A stretch of 63,897 nt of DNA, filler included, from Vicugna vicugna (lineage: Eukaryota), in assembly GCA_013265495.1 (NCBI GenBank). It is 77 parts of 76 records of this genome, joined end to end, with 100 filler letters (N's around TTAATTAATTAA, not from the genome) between each part and the next. Parts side by side here need not be neighbours in the genome. Positions count along the whole stretch, not along the records: positions 1 to 1,052 come from MU063027.1; positions 1,153 to 2,152 come from MU063028.1; positions 2,253 to 2,616 come from PNXW01027203.1; positions 2,717 to 3,461 come from PNXW01027209.1; positions 3,562 to 4,754 come from MU063031.1; positions 4,855 to 5,359 come from MU063032.1; positions 5,460 to 6,081 come from PNXW01027216.1; positions 6,182 to 6,908 come from MU063033.1; 69 more parts are not named here. One strand, written 5' to 3'. This document shows positions 1-12,228 of this stretch, piece after piece; the stretch's first letter is position 1; each line of letters starts with the position of its first letter. The notes under the pieces were generated by a model. It was given only the letters and a program-made list of their open reading frames with translations, ran no database searches and was not told the DNA's origin. Position numbers and translations under genes: made by a program.

Positions 1-775
1 TGGCCATCATTCAAAAATCCACAAATGACAAATGCTGGAGAGGCATGGAGAAAAGGATACCGTCCTACACTGCTGGTGGGAATGCAGTTTGGTGCAGCCT
101 CTGTGGAAAAAGTATGAAGATTCCTCAGAAGACTAAAAATAGACTTACCATGTGACCCAGGAAACCTGCTCCTGGGCATATTACCCGAAGGGNNNNNNNN
201 NNNNNNNNNNNNNNNNNNNNNNNNNNNNNNNNNNNNNNNNNNNNNNNNNNNNNNNNNNNNNNNNNNNNNNNNNNNNNNNNNNNNNNNNNNNNNNNNNNNN
301 NNNNNNNNNNNNNNNNNNNNNNNNNNNNNNNNNNNNNNNNNNNNNNNNNNNNNNNNNNNNNNNNNNNNNNNNNNNNNNNNNNNNNNNNNNNNNNNNNNNN
401 NNNNNNNNNNNNNNNNNNNNNNNNNNNNNNNNNNNNNNNNNNNNNNNNNNNNNNNNNNNNNNNNNNNNNNNNNNNNNNNNNNNNNNNNNNNNNNNNNNNN
501 NNNNNNNNNNNNNNNNNNNNNNNNNNNNNNNNNNNNNNNNNNNNNNNNNNNNNNNNNNNNNNNNNNNNNNNNNNNNNNNNNNNNNNNNNNNNNNNNNNNN
601 NNNNNNNNNNNNNNNNNNNNNNNNNNNNNNNNNNNNNNNNNNNNNNNNNNNNNNNNNNAAAAAATGTGACAACAAATATATGTATGTTCATGTATAACTG
701 AAAAATTGAGATCTTCAGTGGAATTTGACACAACATTGTAAAATGATTATAACTCAATAAAAAATGTTAAAAATA
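1..775 (+). mobile_element. LINE-1 ORF2 3' end and 3'UTR (camelid-type), gapped
   Basis: ORF2 C-terminal motifs (aaatgctggagagg..., ctgctggtgggaatgcagtttggtgcagcc, tgacccag...ctcctgggcata). The 3'UTR ends cattgtaaaatgattataactcaataaaaaat. Confidence 0.88.
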
Positions 776-1052
776 AAACTTCCCATAAAGTAAACCCAAG
801 ATCTAGATGTCTTCAATGGTGAAATTTACCACATGTTTAGAGAATAAAACATCAGTCTTTCACAAACACCTGGAGAAAATAGAAAACACTTCCCAATTTA
901 TTCTATGAGGCCAGGATTACTATGATCCCAAAATCTGACATACACATCACAAGTAAAGAAACCCTCAGACCTTATGAATATGTATTCCTTGTGAATAGAC
1001 ATCAACATCTTCTATAAAATACTTAAAAAACAAACCCAGTAACATAAAAAAA
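776..1052 (+). mobile_element. Older LINE-1 ORF2 fragment
   Basis: Matches the L1 ORF2 segment gatggcttcactggtgaattctacc...acacttcccaattcattctatgaggccagcattacc. Confidence 0.75.
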
Positions 1053-1152
1053 NNNNNNNNNNNNNNNNNNNNNNNNNNNNNNNNNNNNNNNNNNNNTTAA
1101 TTAATTAANNNNNNNNNNNNNNNNNNNNNNNNNNNNNNNNNNNNNNNNNNNN
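1053..1152. other. Synthetic scaffold-joining spacer N44-TTAATTAATTAA-N44 (first of ~76 copies; last core at 63634)
   Basis: Exactly 100 bp with an invariant palindromic 12-mer giving stops in all six frames. It recurs between unrelated sequences (cores at 1097, 2197, 2661, 3506, 4799 ... 63079, 63634). Confidence 0.98.
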
Positions 1153-2716
1153 CTCCCAAATGAGGTATAATCTCTTCCCTGATTTTTTTAAAAATTTTCA
1201 TCTTAGTTTTCAGAGGTTAAAGGCCTCTAATTCTTTTTCTGGAGACTTGTCCATGAACCTGTAAATCTACAATTAATGGACAAAATTTGGTTTATTAAAA
1301 AAANNNNNNNNNNNNNNNNNNNNNNNNNNNNNNNNNNNNNNNNNNNNNNNNNNNNNNNNNNNNNNNNNNNNNNNNNNNNNNNNNNNNNNNNNNNNNNNNN
1401 NNNNNNNNNNNNNNNNNNNNNNNNNNNNNNNNNNNNNNNNNNNNNNNNNNNNNNNNNNNNNNNNNNNNNNNNNNNNNNNNNNNNNNNNNNNNNNNNNNNN
1501 NNNNNNNNNNNNNNNNNNNNNNNNNNNNNNNNNNNNNNNNNNNNNNNNNNNNNNNNNNNNNNNNNNNNNNNNNNNNNNNNNNNNNNNNNNNNNNNNNNNN
1601 NNNNNNNNNNNNNNNNNNNNNNNNNNNNNNNNNNNNNNNNNNNNNNNNNNNNNNNNNNNNNNNNNNNNNNNNNNNNNNNNNNNNNNNNNNNNNNNNNNNN
1701 NNNNNNNNNNNNNNNNNNNNNNNNNNNNNNNNNNNNNNNNNNNNNNNNNNNNNNNNNNNNNNNNNNNNNNNNNNNNNNNNNNNNNNNNNNNNNNNNNNNN
1801 NNNNNNNNNNNNNNNNNNNNNNNNNNNNNNNNNNNNNNNNNNNNNNNNNNNNNNNNNNNNNNNNNNNNNNNNNNNNNNNNNNNNNNNNNTATTGTGCAAG
1901 AGAGAAGTGGTCTTTGAAAGTCCAACTGTTGCTAATGATGTTACTTGTTTTTTCTAGTGGTGCTTATTTACTGAAAAATTTCCAAACACTGAATTTGTTT
2001 TATGTAGTCTTAGTATGAAAGAAAACTTTGTCAGTGAGTATTGTAAGTAAAATCCTTACTCTTTCCTTTCCTGATGATGAATATCTTAGTTGTTTACATG
2101 GCTTAAATATATTTCATCATTTGTGAAATTTGAGTAATATGGTTTACCTTGTNNNNNNNNNNNNNNNNNNNNNNNNNNNNNNNNNNNNNNNNNNNNTTAA
2201 TTAATTAANNNNNNNNNNNNNNNNNNNNNNNNNNNNNNNNNNNNNNNNNNNNTGGCTTCTGTCGCAATGAAAATGTGTGACCCTAGGCCTGTGTACATGT
2301 AAAGACGTGGCCATTTCACACGTGAAAAAGAGATAAAAATATAACTCTGCAGGTTCAAATGAAGCCGGAACAGAAACCAAATTTTTCCTGGCTTAAATCA
2401 ACAGCATCACGGCCTTTTAATTTCACATGTAAATTTTACGCAAATGTATTTGGTTGAAGTCCCAAACTGAAATTTTCATTTCTGTATTCTCATCTGTTAC
2501 TTTAAATAACAGTGTATTTGTAATTATTAATTTGGCTTAAAGACAAAGATTCACTGGCAGTTTGCAAAGGTATTAGTCCAAGGGAATTTGGATATATAAT
2601 TTAGGTATTAAACATANNNNNNNNNNNNNNNNNNNNNNNNNNNNNNNNNNNNNNNNNNNNTTAATTAATTAANNNNNNNNNNNNNNNNNNNNNNNNNNNN
2701 NNNNNNNNNNNNNNNN

Positions 2717-3461
2717 CTATATTCTTTATTCTGTGTTCTGCATTCCATGTTCTAAATTCTGCTTTCTACATTCTCTATTGTATATTCTATATTCTGTGTT
2801 CTCCATTCTATATTCTAAATTCTATATTCAGTATTCTTTATTATATATTCTAAATTCTGTGTTCTACATTCAATATTCTAAATACTATATTCAGTATTCT
2901 GTATTCTATATTCTAAATTCTGTGTTCTGAATTCCATGTTATAAATTTTGGTTTCCATATACTGTATTCTATATTCTATATTCTGTGTTCTACATTCTAT
3001 ATTCTGTATTCTATATTCTGCATTCCGTATTCTATATTCTATTTTCTGTTCTACTTCTATATTCTAAATTCTATATGCAGTATTCCGTATTCTATATTCT
3101 ATACTCTGTGTTCAACATTCTGTAATCGAAATTTTATATTAAGTATTCTGTATTCTATATTCTAAATTCTGTGTTCTGCATTCCGTGTACTAATTTCTGG
3201 ATTCTATATTCACTATTATATATTCTATATTTTTGTTCGTCATTCTATATCCTACATAATATATCCTGCGTTCCTTATTCTATATTCTATATTCTGTGTT
3301 CTACATTCTATATTCTAAAATCTTTATTCAGTATTCTGTATTCTATATTCTAAATTCTCTGTTCCGCATTCCAATTCTAAATTCTGGTTTCTAAATTCTG
3401 TATTCTATATTTTATGTTTTGTGTTCTTCATTCTATATTCAACCTCCTATATTCTCGATTC
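2717..3461 (+). repeat. Sat-E: degenerate heptamer satellite (TATATTC/TAAATTC/TGTGTTC/TGCATTC)n
   Basis: TTC recurs with a 7-bp period along the whole scaffold. Confidence 0.93.
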
Positions 3462-3561
3462 NNNNNNNNNNNNNNNNNNNNNNNNNNNNNNNNNNNNNNN
3501 NNNNNTTAATTAATTAANNNNNNNNNNNNNNNNNNNNNNNNNNNNNNNNNNNNNNNNNNNN

Positions 3562-4754
3562 CTTGGGGAGGCAGCGTATTTCACTGGGATATACTGCAAA
3601 CCCCCCATCATACCCTGGCACAGACATATTAGGAAAAACCTCAGGGGGGACGAGCTTAGGCATTCCGTTAGAACCCACGCGCTGCCGACCGTTGTTGGAA
3701 CCTCCCCGCGCTCAGGATTCCGGAAACATTGTCAGTGCGTGGGGGAGCTCGAGAGACAACTCCACGCAGNNNNNNNNNNNNNNNNNNNNNNNNNNNNNNN
3801 NNNNNNNNNNNNNNNNNNNNNNNNNNNNNNNNNNNNNNNNNNNNNNNNNNNNNNNNNNNNNNNNNNNNNNNNNNNNNNNNNNNNNNNNNNNNNNNNNNNN
3901 NNNNNNNNNNNNNNNNNNNNNNNNNNNNNNNNNNNNNNNNNNNNNNNNNNNNNNNNNNNNNNNNNNNNNNNNNNNNNNNNNNNNNNNNNNNNNNNNNNNN
4001 NNNNNNNNNNNNNNNNNNNNNNNNNNNNNNNNNNNNNNNNNNNNNNNNNNNNNNNNNNNNNNNNNNNNNNNNNNNNNNNNNNNNNNNNNNNNNNNNNNNN
4101 NNNNNNNNNNNNNNNNNNNNNNNNNNNNNNNNNNNNNNNNNNNNNNNNNNNNNNNNNNNNNNNNNNNNNNNNNNNNNNNNNNNNNNNNNNNNNNNNNNNN
4201 NNNNNNNNNNNNNNNNNNNNNNNNNNNNNNNNNNNNNNNNNNNNNNNNNNNNNNNNNNNNNNNNNNNNNNNNNNNNNNNNNNNNNNNNNNNNNNNNNNNN
4301 NNNNNNNNNNNNNNNNNNNNNNNNNNNNNNNNNNNNNNNNNNNNNNNNNNNNNNNNNNNNNNNNNNNNNNNNNNNNNNNNNNNNNNNNNNNNNNNNNNNN
4401 NNNNNNNNNNNNNNNNNNNNNNNNNNNNNNNNNNNNNNNNNNNNNNNNNNNNNNNNNNNNNNNNNNNNNNNNNNNNNNNNNNNNNNNNNNNNNNNNNNNN
4501 NNNCGATCAGGATTCCGGAACCATTGTCAGTGCGTGGGGGAGCTCGAGAAACAACTCCACGCAGCTCTCTTCAGTCACAGGTGTTCCCTGTTCGTGGAAG
4601 TCTGGGATATAACTTCCCTGACCTTGGGGAGGCAGCCTCGTTCACTGGGATATCCTGCAATGGACCCTAGCATTCCCTGGCACAGTGACATTAGGAAAAG
4701 CCTCAGGATAAACGAGCTTAGGCATTCCGTTAGAACCCACGCGCTGACGACCGT
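3562..4754 (+). repeat. Sat-A GC-rich 267-bp satellite (gapped)
   Basis: Shares gttagaacccacgcgctg, ctcaggattccggaa and gagctcgagagacaactccacgcag with eight other scaffolds. Confidence 0.95.
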
Positions 4755-4854
4755 NNNNNNNNNNNNNNNNNNNNNNNNNNNNNNNNNNNNNNNNNNNNTT
4801 AATTAATTAANNNNNNNNNNNNNNNNNNNNNNNNNNNNNNNNNNNNNNNNNNNN

Positions 4855-5359
4855 AGGGAACATAAAGTTTCTTTTCAGTTGCCAACTCCAGTCCATACAA
4901 ATATATGGCTAGGTACATCCCCCAACTCGGTTTTACACTGAAAACATCAGGCACTTCAAACCGGCACTAGGAAACTGACTGAGAACACAGAGTAAGTGTT
5001 TCTCCTGCAACCCGTTCCCTTTGTGCTGGATGAACGAACGTCTCTCCACATGCTCAGNNNNNNNNNNNNNNNNNNNNNNNNNNNNNNNNNNNNNNNNNNN
5101 NNNNNNNCAAAGTGTCTGTTCATTTGCCAACTCCACTCCATACATATATATGGGGAGGTACCAGCTCCAACTCGGTTTTACAGTGAAAACGGCAGGCACT
5201 TCAAACCGACACTAAGAAACAGACTGAGAAAGCAGAGTCAGTGTTTCTCCTGCAACCCGTTCCATTTGTGCTGGATGAACGAACGTCTCTCCACATGCGA
5301 AGTTCTTAGAGAGAACGTGTGTGTGAAAGCCGTACTTCACCTAGCTTGAAGGGAACACA
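4855..5359 (+). repeat. Sat-B 249-bp satellite
   Basis: Two tandem copies of ccaactcggttttaca...ggatgaacgaacgtctctccacatg. Confidence 0.95.
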
Positions 5360-5459
5360 NNNNNNNNNNNNNNNNNNNNNNNNNNNNNNNNNNNNNNNNN
5401 NNNTTAATTAATTAANNNNNNNNNNNNNNNNNNNNNNNNNNNNNNNNNNNNNNNNNNNN

Positions 5460-6081
5460 TTTATTCATTTATTTATCATTGAAGTACTGCAATTTACAAT
5501 GTGTGAATCTGTGGGTTTATCACAGAGTTCCCATACATGCATATATTTGTGTGCCTAGTAAATATTACTTCAAGATATTTAACTTACTGCCCTGTGTCAT
5601 AAAAAATAATTTTGAAAAAAATGTATCTTTATATGTAATGTATAACATTTATACATCTACAGCTCCCAGATTTATCCTCTCGCAGCCCCTTTCCACAGTA
5701 ATTATAAATTTGTTAAGTAGATCTGCGACAGTGTTTCAGTTTTGTAGTTGAAGCCATACTGTTCTCAACCAAAATTTTTTTAAGGTTCCACATATGGCAT
5801 GTCATGTATTATTTTTCTTTCTCTTTCTGGCTTACTTCAATTAGAATGACACTTTTTGTGGACATCCATTTTTCTGTAAATGTCATTGTTTAATCATTTT
5901 TTATTGCAGAATATTATTCCATTGTGTAAATACGGCATAACTTCTGAATACTGTCATCTGTTTTTGGACAATTAGATTGCTTCCATGTCGTGGCTGTTGT
6001 ATATAGCCCTGCTAAGAACATTTTGGTGCAGAAAGATGTCTTTTTGAATTAGAGTTCTCTTTGATATATACCCAGAAGTGG
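5460..6081 (-). mobile_element. LINE-1 3' end
   Basis: Antisense L1 3'UTR/ORF2 motifs (tctttctggcttacttca, attccattgtg, gattgcttccatgtc, atatatacccagaagtgg). Confidence 0.85.
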
Positions 6082-7824
6082 NNNNNNNNNNNNNNNNNNN
6101 NNNNNNNNNNNNNNNNNNNNNNNNNTTAATTAATTAANNNNNNNNNNNNNNNNNNNNNNNNNNNNNNNNNNNNNNNNNNNNCAGGACGAATGAATGCCAT
6201 ATTCTACCCTACGTAGAAAAGAAATGCCATAAGCCTATAACAAATACAAGTAGCTCTGCAAAAGAGTACTAAGAGCAAAAGAGACAGACAGTAATGTGCA
6301 CACTGGGGTTGGCTTCATTACTAGGAATTTCAGCCCCCATGAAACCAATGGATCCATATCCTGAGAGTGCGGGTGTTTCAGCAGAAATCAACCGACGGGT
6401 ATGTATTCCGGGTGTACGGATATTACAGAAACATAAGTTTCCTTAAGTCGGTCTCTGTGTTCTGTGAACCGTTAGAAAGTTTAAAGACGTGTGAAACCAT
6501 CAACTGAAAATGGACACACTTCCCTCCGTTGGTACTGTGCATAGAGATCTGAACAAAAGGAAAGAGGGAAGAACAAAGGCCCATGGGACACTAGTGGGTA
6601 GAATCACANNNNNNNNNNNNNNNNNNNNNNNNNNNNNNNNNNNNNNNNNNNNNNNNNNNNNNNNNNNNNNNNNNNNNNNNNNNNNNNNNNNNNNNNGTTG
6701 GATTCCAGGTGGAATGTTGGTGTGTACCGCGAGGCTTGTTGTGGCTGGTGGATCCTAGGTAACCGGGCAGAGTTTTGTGGGTGGATCAGTGTGATGGAGG
6801 GGCTGCCGCCCTCTGTGGGGCTTGGCTTAAGTCTTCGGTCCGGAAAGCTGTGTAATTTCGAGGTAATGCTGCTGCCCAAATACCTGAGTTCACGGGTCAG
6901 TTTCCAGANNNNNNNNNNNNNNNNNNNNNNNNNNNNNNNNNNNNNNNNNNNNTTAATTAATTAANNNNNNNNNNNNNNNNNNNNNNNNNNNNNNNNNNNN
7001 NNNNNNNNGTCCTCGGTGCCCTACCGTGCCGCTGCCATCCAAAATGTAGCATCCGCTTTTCGGAGATATTGCTGAAGGAAATGCTTCCTCTTCTCACGCT
7101 GTGGACTTGGACCACTCTTCCTTGTCCTCTCATCCTTGTGGCACGGGTGCACGAAGGCAACCACAGAGCTGTTGCGCATCCTGTGCCTCAAACCAAACCA
7201 TAATCCCAGCCCAGGTTATGAATGTAGCAGATCCTAAGAATTTCAAACCCAAGGCCCACTGGATCCCTCAGACCAGATGCATGATAGCTCTGATTCAGCC
7301 CCACACATGCTCTATTTGCGAAATGCCCAATTGGTCCCTGGTCCTGCAGATGCACTGGGTGTGGCCATGGGACATATTGGTAATGTCAAACGCGCGGCCA
7401 GTGTGGTTGGTTAATCATTGATACACAGTTCGGTTTGCTCTCTTGATTCGACCCACCACATCCCACAACGCACTCCAGATCCCTGAGACTCAGCGTGTGT
7501 CATCATACGTAGCCCTATCCCTCACTGTCCGTTGCCTCTGCTACCTCAAATTTGGCATCTCGGTTCTTGGTCTCAGAATCAACTGTGGGGATATTTTGCG
7601 CTGGTTTCTTTGAGTTCTGTCAGCCAAGCATCTGCTGGGCACTCTTGTAAACCTCAGCACATCACCTTCAATCCCAGGGCTCCTGTCCGCTTGAAAGTGT
7701 GCGTCCAAGTTAAACAGAGTTTCANNNNNNNNNNNNNNNNNNNNNNNNNNNNNNNNNNNNNNNNNNNNTTAATTAATTAANNNNNNNNNNNNNNNNNNNN
7801 NNNNNNNNNNNNNNNNNNNNNNNN

Positions 7825-8135
7825 ACAGAGGCCTTGGTTAAGCACTTACTATGTGCTCTATGCCAAGTGCTTTAGATGCATTATCTTATTTAACATTCAT
7901 AAGAGTACTAGGAAACAGATATTATTGTCATTTTATAGATAAATAAATTCATATTCAGAAATTATGAACCTTGATTGAGGTGACATAAACACTGAGTGTT
8001 GACGCTACCTATTTAACTCTCTATGTACTGATTCAACCCCAAGATACACATCTTCCCTGAATTCAGACCATATGTCCAACTGCCTTATTGATCTCTCCAC
8101 TTGAATGTCAAATAGGTATCTTAAATTTAACACAC
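7825..8135. mobile_element. MIR fragment followed by L2 fragment
   Basis: MIR core-like text (cacttactatgtg...gccaagtgcttta...attttatagat), then an L2 motif (tccaactgcctt...ctccacttgaatgtc). Confidence 0.6.
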
Positions 8136-8144
8136 TTAATAATC

Positions 8145-8390
8145 CAAATCAGAAATTTTGTGTTGGTAAGGATGTGGAGAAAAGGAAATCCTTATATACT
8201 CTTGATATATACTCTGGAATGTAAATTGGTACAGCCACTGTAGAAAACAGTATAGAGGTTCCTCAAAAAAATTAAAAATAGAACTATCAGGATCCAGCAA
8301 TTCCAGAAGAAGCAAAAGCACTAATCTGAAAAGATACATGCACCCCAATTTCATAGTAGCACTATTGACAATAGCCAAGACATGGAAGCT
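8145..8390 (+). mobile_element. LINE-1 ORF2 C-terminal fragment
   Basis: tgttggtaaggatgtggagaaaaggaa...gatacatgcacccc...atagcagcactatt...gccaagacatggaagc. Confidence 0.85.
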
Positions 8391-8490
8391 NNNNNNNNNN
8401 NNNNNNNNNNNNNNNNNNNNNNNNNNNNNNNNNNTTAATTAATTAANNNNNNNNNNNNNNNNNNNNNNNNNNNNNNNNNNNNNNNNNNNN

Positions 8491-8989
8491 TGTGTGAGCA
8501 AAGTGAGAATTTCAACGAGACAGAATAACCAGGCCGAAATCTTGGAGCTGAAGAATACAATACCAGAGCTGAAAAATTCAGTCGAGTTCAACAGCAGAAA
8601 GAGCACCAGAAACAATCAGCGAACTCGAAGACAGGTAATTGAAATTATTCAAAGGGGCAAAAAGGAAAAAGAATGAAAAAGAGTGAAGAAAGCATAAGAT
8701 TTTATAGGACACCAACAAATGGACCACAATATATGCATTATGGCACTCCCAGAGGGGAAAAGAGAAAGAACCAGAAAACTTATTCAAAGAAATAATGGAT
8801 GAACACTTCCTAAATCTGGGGACATCCAGACTCAGGAAGCCAAAAAAGAACCCCAAAAAAGATGAACCCGAAGAAATCTGCACAAGGACACATTATAATC
8901 TAATCCATACTGTGACACATGCCACACTGAGACATAACCTCTTAGTCAACAAAGATAAAAAGAATTTTGAAAGTAGCAAGTGAAGAACA
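8491..8989 (+). mobile_element. LINE-1 ORF1 remnant
   Basis: Degenerate ORF1p-like translation (EILELKNTIPELKNS; ENLFKEIMDEHFLNLG) with frameshifts. Confidence 0.85.
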
Positions 8990-11524
8990 NNNNNNNNNNN
9001 NNNNNNNNNNNNNNNNNNNNNNNNNNNNNNNNNTTAATTAATTAANNNNNNNNNNNNNNNNNNNNNNNNNNNNNNNNNNNNNNNNNNNNATTAAAACAGT
9101 CAAACCCTATCGGTCATGTATCATCTGGAATACAAGAGGGAGAAAGAATGTGAAAAACGTAGAAACCATATTCCCCTGTAAATCATACCTCCCAGCAGTC
9201 TGTAAGGGTCCGAAACGTAGGTACCTAGGGCAGAAAAAAGCCTGATATACAGAAAGAAATATCAGAACCCCCCCTTACAGGCAAATGTATCTCACTATGA
9301 GAAAATATGGAAATGCAACCTAAATGGTTTAATATTCAGATTGATGTAAGCGTGTACTTTTTATATCTCCTTATATTGGTTTTGGTTTCTCCGTAACAGA
9401 CCTTGCTCTGTTTTCCTTCTCTCCTTGAAGATGTGTTTGCAGGGTAACTGTTTTATGGGTATGTTTCCCATGCTAGATTATAGTCTTGAAAGACACGACA
9501 GTGAATGTGTCTTAATGCTATTTTTATTCCTAGGGTTAAGAATATATCAGTCCACGAAAAAAATTTACTGACTTCATGAGTATTTTGCACCAGAATCATT
9601 GCAACCACTTAACCCTACTGAAAATGGTGCAGAGGTCATGACGGCTGTCTGCAGACTTACCTTCCACTCCAGTCCAGGCCGTGCTGTTCAGCTCGCAGAA
9701 GGCTTTGGGGAGACTGTGCCGACAGCAGCCACCAACCCCGTCATCAAATAGTATTTTCTTAAAACATTTCCTCCCTTTCCCCCTTATTCTCTCATTCCTG
9801 GTTCTGTGTCTACTGACAGGACAGGTTTCCTTCAAAGTCATTACAGTTCTCTTCTGCCACTGAGCATTTTAAGTCACCGTACCCTTTGTGGTTTGCTGCT
9901 GTACTGCGGTGTGGCTGCTGGCCAGGCTGGGTGCGTCTCTGCTTTGTAGGGTGGATTCATGTGAAGGAAGAGTTGCTGACTTTAAAAGAAAGTCAAAGCA
10001 AGTTCATCCTGCAGTTTTATAATTGGCAGTGTGTTTTATTTNNNNNNNNNNNNNNNNNNNNNNNNNNNNNNNNNNNNNNNNNNNNTTAATTAATTAANNN
10101 NNNNNNNNNNNNNNNNNNNNNNNNNNNNNNNNNNNNNNNNNTTCAGTCAAAGATTCCCCTCACTTAAAACACTCCCTTCACCCCAGAGAAGACACAAACT
10201 TAGAATTTGCTGAATCTAGCGGAAGGCCATCGTTTTTTGTGTGAGATAATTATTCATATCCTATCTATTTCAGTCGAGAATTTTAGACCTTTAAGGAGTT
10301 CATTGTTGTTCACAGAGTGTGAAGCTGGAGGAACTCTGATTCGAGGAGGGGCTTGCCTTTCTCGTACTGGCTTCATTGCAGCTCAGGTACTGATCCTTCC
10401 AAATGGATGCCTGAGTGGAGGGGACGGAAGAGCAAGTGCTTGTTAGCTAGGCCCTAACATGGGAAAAGGCTTACCTGGGCTTGGTGCACTTTGGTCTGCA
10501 TGGCTTGGAAATGCCCCTTGGGACGTGTGGATTCTCAAGACCTCTTCCAAGAACATGAGAGTTTTGATCAACTCTGCCANNNNNNNNNNNNNNNNNNNNN
10601 NNNNNNNNNNNNNNNNNNNNNNNNNNNNNNNNNNNNNNNNNNNNNNNNNNNNNNNNNNNNNNNNNNNNNNNNNNNNNNNNNNNNNNNNNNNNNNNNNNNN
10701 NNNNNNNNNNNNNNNNNNNNNNNNNNNNNNNNNNNNNNCTTCCCAGTATTCTCCATTGTAGCAGAACATGTCTCAGCAATGTGTTCGCATCCTTCCTCAA
10801 TCCATGCAGCCAGGTTTTCGGCCAGCTTCTCTTCGTATCTCCCATACAGTCGACTTCAACAGAACTGGGCATGTGTGAAAGTACCTCGGAGCCTCACTAG
10901 TAAGCTGATTGCAGGCAGATCTTCCACTGTCTGCCCTTTCAGTTTCTGGAAACTGNNNNNNNNNNNNNNNNNNNNNNNNNNNNNNNNNNNNNNNNNNNNT
11001 TAATTAATTAANNNNNNNNNNNNNNNNNNNNNNNNNNNNNNNNNNNNNNNNNNNNATTTAAATTTAGAAAGTTATCTACATTTTTCAGATGACTTACAAC
11101 GTTTTAAATATCTCACATGTATACTTAGAATTTAAAACAGGTTTTTCTTGCATTAAAAGAATAGTCAGATGTATTGTTTTATAATGTTATTTAGTAAGAA
11201 AGGTGGAAAACCAAAGCACTTGTCAATGTTCATTATTTATTTTTGAAAGAGGAAAATAGTTATTCTAATTTAGTTAAGAAACTTACCTACTTTGTGGATG
11301 TTTAGAAATACTATAAGGATGCAAAAGAAATCCAATTGAAAATATTGACTTAAATATTGACTTAAAGTGACAATAAATTAGTAAATGGATGCTGTTAAAT
11401 GGAAATGAATAGAATCTCATATTTAGGAAGGTCAGAAAAATGGGTATTAGATAAATGTATAATTAAGGTGAATAGTAAGTTGTTGTTAATGAAATAGATA
11501 TTATTTCTCTTTTTTTGCTTTTAG

Positions 11525-11586
11525 GTTGTAAAGGCATATGGTCGTGTGGAGCAAGAATGGGCTGCCCTTAAAATAATAAAGAACAA
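11525..11586 (+). pseudogene. DYRK1A: DYRK1A kinase-domain exon fragment (subdomains I-II), probably a duplicated diverged copy; truncated by the scaffold end
   Basis: A polypyrimidine tract and AG (ttatttctctttttttgcttttag) precede VVKAYGRVEQEWAALKIIKN. DYRK1A as I recall it reads [20 protein letters not shown] (17/20 identical). Confidence 0.8.
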
Positions 11587-12228
11587 NNNNNNNNNNNNNN
11601 NNNNNNNNNNNNNNNNNNNNNNNNNNNNNNTTAATTAATTAANNNNNNNNNNNNNNNNNNNNNNNNNNNNNNNNNNNNNNNNNNNNCCACCCCAAGTCCT
11701 GTGACATTATGACAAAGAAAGGTAGCATGGTAACAGTTATGGGGATGAGTCCAAATTCTGTGAGTCAATTATGCAGTCACAAACTCTACCCATGAATGTG
11801 GGAAACCTGCTAAAATACCAAAGACTACAAGAAGAGCGAATTAGATTACTGAAATGGATCAGTGCTCATCAATCTTAATTGAAACTGCCAGAAACTCTGT
11901 GTTCTGTTTTATCTTAAATACCATGAAAAACAAATAGACCCCAGAATGTCACTTACTGATGGTGAGACAGCAGCAGCATCTTTCTGCATTCAGGTGCAAA
12001 AGTGCAAACATTATATAATGGGCTGTATTTTATTTCAAGAATCGATAAGATCCACAAATTCAGGGCATGTGACATTAAAAAGTAGGAAAGCAGCCAACAG
12101 ATTTAGAAGCCATAAAAATACTGGAAATNNNNNNNNNNNNNNNNNNNNNNNNNNNNNNNNNNNNNNNNNNNNTTAATTAATTAANNNNNNNNNNNNNNNN
12201 NNNNNNNNNNNNNNNNNNNNNNNNNNNN

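Noticed and set aside
125..1925. Long ORFs in the supplied track (also 3563-4806, 34702-36003, 45811-46745, 48851-49885)
   Set aside because: They consist mostly of X from N gaps, so they are read-through artefacts.
2733..3353. Hydrophobic Y/S/I/F-rich ORFs (also 61033-61542 and 62442-62969)
   Set aside because: These are translations of the heptamer satellite.
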